The notes under the pieces: generated by a model | The model's input: the letters and a program-made list of their open reading frames with translations, nothing else | What the model was told of the DNA's origin: nothing | Databases searched by the model: none | Program-made: the position numbers and the translations under genes | In this document: one piece after another, positions 7,963 through 11,462 of the stretch | How the letters are laid out: every line of letters begins with the position of its first letter | Numbering within the stretch: position 1 is the first letter of the stretch | Assembly: GCA_048938895.1 (NCBI GenBank) | Contig: JBHLLU010000094.1 | Coordinates: forward strand, 1-11,462 | Source of the DNA: Promethearchaeota archaeon | Lineage (GTDB): Archaea; Asgardarchaeota; Lokiarchaeia; Sigyniarchaeales; SOKP01 | DNA: 11,462 nt | Reading direction: 5' to 3'

Positions 7963-8184
7963 TTATGTAAATAAATTTTCTTCCACTTTATTTGTGATTT
8001 CAGATTCAATTATCGAAGGCTGAACATTTCTTTCTATTGATTCCTCTATAAGATATTCTGTTTTAATTAAGTCTCGAATTGCAACTCGAATTGCCTCTGA
8101 TCTATTAGGAAAACGTCCATCAGATACAAGAATCTCTAAAACTTTTAAATATGATTCAGGCAAGTTTACAGAAATTAATTTTAT
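7963..8184 (-). CDS. Ribbon-helix-helix (CopG/Arc/MetJ) transcriptional regulator, CdrS-like
   Basis: (M)KLISVNLPESYLKVLEILVSDGRFPNRSEAIRVAIRDLI gives an N-terminal beta-strand plus two helices with the G-x-F-P-N-R-S-E-A-I-R motif. The track start (8283) adds an implausible extension. The likely start is ATA 8184 (AGGTGA at 8195-8190, 5 nt upstream) or GTG 8193. Confidence 0.88.
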   Translation of the reverse strand: MKLISVNLPESYLKVLEILVSDGRFPNRSEAIRVAIRDLIKTEYLIEESIERNVQPSIIESEITNKVEENLFT

Positions 8185-8484
8185 AAAAATCACCTTGACA
8201 TTTTTAGTTTTAATTGATACAAATATATACGAGAGTGATATATTTAAAGATTTAGTGGAAATAAACCCCAAGAAATCCGACATAATGTCATTATATCTAT
8301 ATGAACCAATTGTGAAATATTTAATATTAGATCTTGATTAGTTGGCAGTAATCAAAAATCTTTAGAACCAGGTCAGAAACTGATTTATAGAAATATTTTT
8401 ATGTATGGCTTATATGTAACATGTAACTCACTTAAAAAATATTAAATATTGTAAAATTAAAATATATGAAATTGTTGATGGTTC

Positions 8485-8805
8485 ATGGCAGATATTCAAA
8501 CACAGTTAAAAGAACATCTAAGTAGTGGAGACGATTGGGAAAAAATGGCTACTCCTGTTGAAGGAGTGAGTGTAGTTAAAGTCCCTGCTACAAAAACAAG
8601 GCCAGCGCTATTATTTCTTGAAATTAATCCTTTAAAAGAGGATGGGAAACCTTTAAAGAAGAAAGGTTTGTTTGTGGGATCTAAAGAGATGCTCATTAAA
8701 TTCAGTGAAGCTCTAAATGACGATAAAACGTTCCAATTAATTAGTGAATTAGAAAAAGTGAATCCAAAAGTTACAGGTCGTAAAGGAAAAAAATTGGAAA
8801 TGTAA
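8485..8805 (+). CDS. Small hypothetical protein (106 aa), probably from a conserved archaeal family of unknown function
   Basis: Clean ATG ORF followed by a T-rich tract. The DWEK..T...GV.VVK.P......A.L.LEINP....G.P.KKKGL pattern resembles uncharacterised archaeal proteins as I recall them; not verified. Confidence 0.8.
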   Translation: MADIQTQLKEHLSSGDDWEKMATPVEGVSVVKVPATKTRPALLFLEINPLKEDGKPLKKKGLFVGSKEMLIKFSEALNDDKTFQLISELEKVNPKVTGRKGKKLEM

Positions 8806-8817
8806 GTATTATTTAAG

Positions 8818-8850
8818 ATTTTATTTTTCTTCTCTTTTTGTTTTTATATT
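8818..8850 (+). terminator. Putative archaeal oligo-T terminator
   Basis: TTTTATTTTTCTTCTCTTTTTGTTTTTAT lies just downstream of the stop at 8805. Confidence 0.5.
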
Positions 8851-8935
8851 AATTTACTACTCTCTCTAGTTTTAAGTTGGTTCTATTCAATTCATTTAAG
8901 AAATAATAATTGAATATAATCTCCAATGACATTAA

Positions 8936-9874
8936 ATGTTAGAGACATATAACGATTTTATGATATTTAAAGTCAAAGATAATGGGGAAGAATTTAGAGT
9001 TAATGCTTCAGAAGAATTATTCAGACAGAATAATGGAAATGAAATTTTGGACCCTTTACAAGTTGTAATAATTATTAAAGAAGCTCTTAGAAGAATCTAT
9101 ATTTGGAAAGGTGTTTCCTCTTCAGTAAGAAAAAAGTTTATCGCATCACGAATAGCCTCAGATATGCAAAGAAAATTGACGGAATCATCAAATTTTCACC
9201 GATGTAAAATTATCTCGGTGGATCAAGGAGATGAACCGGAAGAATTTCTGAATGCGTTTGGATTTAAAAAAACTCTAATTCCTCATAGTAAATTGAATTC
9301 AGATGATCTAACAAAAATGAATAATACCTTTGAAATATGTTCCAACGCTAAAATGTTGCAAGAAAAGGATAAAAATGTAAGCAAAAGGACTCTTAAGCCA
9401 AATTATTCCCCCTCTTATTCTGATTTAAAAAAAAATAAAAACTTTAGAAACGTGTTAGAAAGAGTTTTAAAAGAAAAAATTCCAGATAATTTCAGGAGGA
9501 TAAATATTCTTATTGGAAATAATACTTTGTATGGTTTAATTACAAAAAAAACAGAAATTTTTAATGATTTTGTAGAAATCAAGGAGTGGGATCAAATTTC
9601 AAATCTTTCAAATCAAATCATTGAGCTTGAGGGTCAAAAACTCAGAATATACCTAAATCGAGAAAGAAAAATAGTTGAAGCTATAGAGATTTTAGAAAAA
9701 ATACCTTCATATTTTGAGACTATGGAGGATGGCAAACAGGAGGATTATAATAAGTGGACGGTAAAACAATTGAAACAATTCTGCCATGAAAATAATATTA
9801 AAATTCTCTCTTCTTATAGAAAAGCTGACATTGTTCAAGCAGTTACAAACTATAATTCGTCGTGTTCTAATTAA
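8936..9874 (+). CDS. Asgard gelsolin-domain protein (1DGelX-like: gelsolin domain plus domain X) with an additional C-terminal SAP/Rho_N-like domain
   Basis: Gelsolin-fold signature LDPLQVVIII...RIYIWKGVSSSVRKKFIASRIA...KIISVDQGDEPEEFLNAFG (about 9047-9262). Then a low-complexity linker, IPDNFRRINILIG...LRIYLN...VEAIEILEK (about 9479-9700, resembles Asgard domain X), and YNKWTVKQLKQFCHENNIKILSSYRKADIVQAV (9746-9844, helix-extension-helix). Confidence 0.8.
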   Translation: MLETYNDFMIFKVKDNGEEFRVNASEELFRQNNGNEILDPLQVVIIIKEALRRIYIWKGVSSSVRKKFIASRIASDMQRKLTESSNFHRCKIISVDQGDEPEEFLNAFGFKKTLIPHSKLNSDDLTKMNNTFEICSNAKMLQEKDKNVSKRTLKPNYSPSYSDLKKNKNFRNVLERVLKEKIPDNFRRINILIGNNTLYGLITKKTEIFNDFVEIKEWDQISNLSNQIIELEGQKLRIYLNRERKIVEAIEILEKIPSYFETMEDGKQEDYNKWTVKQLKQFCHENNIKILSSYRKADIVQAVTNYNSSCSN

Positions 9875-9894
9875 AACTCATAACTGTGAAAAGA

Positions 9895-9940
9895 TTTAAA
9901 AAAAAAAAAATGAAATTAGGATTTATTTGTTTTTTGATAT
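9895..9940. terminator. Putative bidirectional oligo-T terminator region between convergent genes
   Basis: An A-run at about 9898-9910 (T-run on the minus strand, downstream of the SBP stop) and TTTATTTGTTTTTT at about 9922-9935 on the plus strand (downstream of the gelsolin-domain gene stop). Confidence 0.45.
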
Positions 9941-9949
9941 GTACTACTA

Positions 9950-11461
9950 CTATTCCTTATACCAATTCCAACAATCTAACATAGCCATAACATTATACCC
10001 GATTCCCTTTAAGTCATTTTGATGAACCTGTTGTATCAAGAAAACCCAACCAGGTATGTGAGTATATGAAGCAGGAGTCGTTCTGGTTATATCATAGATG
10101 TAGGATTGAATATCCATATAAACTTCTTGCCTAGCCGTTGGGTCGGTTAATGCTGAAGCTGTTTGTAACATTGTAATCAAATCAGGATCACTGATTCGAG
10201 AAAAGCATGAGCCCGACTGATTATTAAACAATGGATCAAGCATATTAAATGCATCAAGATAATCAGGGCACCAACCGATATATCCAACGTCCATCTCCCA
10301 AGGTGTGTGTTCACCAGTATCTAGATATTCTCCCCATGTTCTTATTGTTATAGAAATATCTATTCCGATTAAATCGAAGTTAGTTACCATTAATTGGTTC
10401 AATCGTTGATTAGTGCTATCTCCAAAATGTTGGTTTACTTCAAGTGTCATTAAGGATAAACTTGACCACCCAGATTCGGTAGTACCAGGATAATTTGGAT
10501 CAAGACCAGAAGTATTTGTTGGATACAATGCCATCATCAATTCTCGAGCTTTTTTAATATTACTCTCATAATTACCACCAAAAGGATAATCACTTGCCAT
10601 TTTTCCCTCTATTGAACTATTGTATCCCGGCATTGCTCGTGGAACAGCTGGACATCCAGGATATGCATATCCAAAGAGTATTTCATTTGTGATGTATGAA
10701 TAGTTTATTGATAGAGCAAGAGCTTTTCTGAAATCTGCTGAAAGTTTTTGATTGACTTGCCCTCCGACAACGGGAGATTCCCCTTCAGGAGGACCGCAAT
10801 ATATTTCTAAATAGAAATAACAGAGATCTTCACCGACATCTTCTACATGTAAATCAGGATCTGATATAAAACTTGGAATAAATGATTTTGGTACTCCTCC
10901 TACATAATCATACTGTCCTGATAATCCCGCGGTCATCCTGGCAGTATCATCTTCAACTATTCGAAATACCAAAAACTCAGCCCAAGGTCCAGTAGCCCAA
11001 TATCTTCCCCATCTTTCAAATCTTACATCAACATCATATTTGAATCGAAGAAATTCGAAGGGACCTGTACCTACAATCTTCTCTGTATTTAGATCTAAAA
11101 ATCTATATTTTGGAGTAGAAGCAGGAGATAAGACATATGCGGCTGAAAATGTCATTAAGTCTAGGAATGCGCCAAATGGTTTGTTTAAAAATATAGTAAA
11201 ATTATAATCACCAATAACTTCAGTTCTATTAATAATAGGAGTGCCATCAGAAAAGAAGTATAATGCTGATGGAAATGCTTCCCATGAGGTGTCATTTGCT
11301 ACCAGATCCCCGGTCCAGTTAATAAAGTACATAAGTCTGTCAAAATTCCATTTTACATCATGGGCAGTAAGAAGATTCCCATCGTGAAAATACACATTTT
11401 GTCGTATGGTAAATGAAATTTCTTGTGGACCATTCCATATCCAATCTTCAGCGAGTTTTGG
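9950..11461 (-). CDS. ABC transporter substrate-binding protein, family 5 (OppA/DppA-like), 5'-truncated by the window edge
   Basis: The frame stays open past the track start to the window edge: PKLAEDWIWNGPQEISFTIRQNVYFHDGNLLTAHDVKWNFDR (SBP_bac_5 signature). Also GTGPFEF, FRKALALSINY and GWCPDYLDAFNMLDPLF. Confidence 0.93.
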   Translation of the reverse strand, partial: PKLAEDWIWNGPQEISFTIRQNVYFHDGNLLTAHDVKWNFDRLMYFINWTGDLVANDTSWEAFPSALYFFSDGTPIINRTEVIGDYNFTIFLNKPFGAFLDLMTFSAAYVLSPASTPKYRFLDLNTEKIVGTGPFEFLRFKYDVDVRFERWGRYWATGPWAEFLVFRIVEDDTARMTAGLSGQYDYVGGVPKSFIPSFISDPDLHVEDVGEDLCYFYLEIYCGPPEGESPVVGGQVNQKLSADFRKALALSINYSYITNEILFGYAYPGCPAVPRAMPGYNSSIEGKMASDYPFGGNYESNIKKARELMMALYPTNTSGLDPNYPGTTESGWSSLSLMTLEVNQHFGDSTNQRLNQLMVTNFDLIGIDISITIRTWGEYLDTGEHTPWEMDVGYIGWCPDYLDAFNMLDPLFNNQSGSCFSRISDPDLITMLQTASALTDPTARQEVYMDIQSYIYDITRTTPASYTHIPGWVFLIQQVHQNDLKGIGYNVMAMLDCWNWYKE

Positions 11462-11462
11462 T

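Noticed and set aside
8194-8283. N-terminal extension of the RHH ORF given in the track
   Set aside because: It reads like translated AT-rich promoter DNA, RHH domains start at the beta-strand, and an SD-like site lies at 8190-8195.
8496-8696. 66-aa minus-strand ORF
   Set aside because: Fully antisense to the better-supported 8485-8805 gene.

Overview
AT-rich archaeal window that looks like Asgard archaeal (Lokiarchaeia/Promethearchaeia-like) DNA. This is inferred from gene content, not from a taxonomic marker. In order, it holds: a partial minus-strand CPxC-type putative Zn-binding protein that the ORF track missed; a Rab-like small GTPase; a divergent proteasome alpha subunit outside its usual exosome-proteasome operon; a small winged-helix protein; a 1756-aa E/K-rich protein with about 15 MIT/TPR-like helical modules and a near-perfect 369-bp internal tandem duplication; a CdrS-like ribbon-helix-helix regulator; a small hypothetical protein; a gelsolin-domain protein (1DGelX-like) with an extra C-terminal SAP/Rho_N-like helix-extension-helix domain; and the 3' part of a family-5 (OppA/DppA) ABC substrate-binding protein. 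The best candidates for something undescribed are the gelsolin-X-SAP fusion, the giant repeat scaffold, and its co-oriented cluster with the GTPase, proteasome alpha and winged-helix genes. Two genes may start at non-canonical ATT/ATA codons. I saw no RNA genes, CRISPR arrays or mobile elements. All domain calls come from motif recognition by eye; no searches were run.
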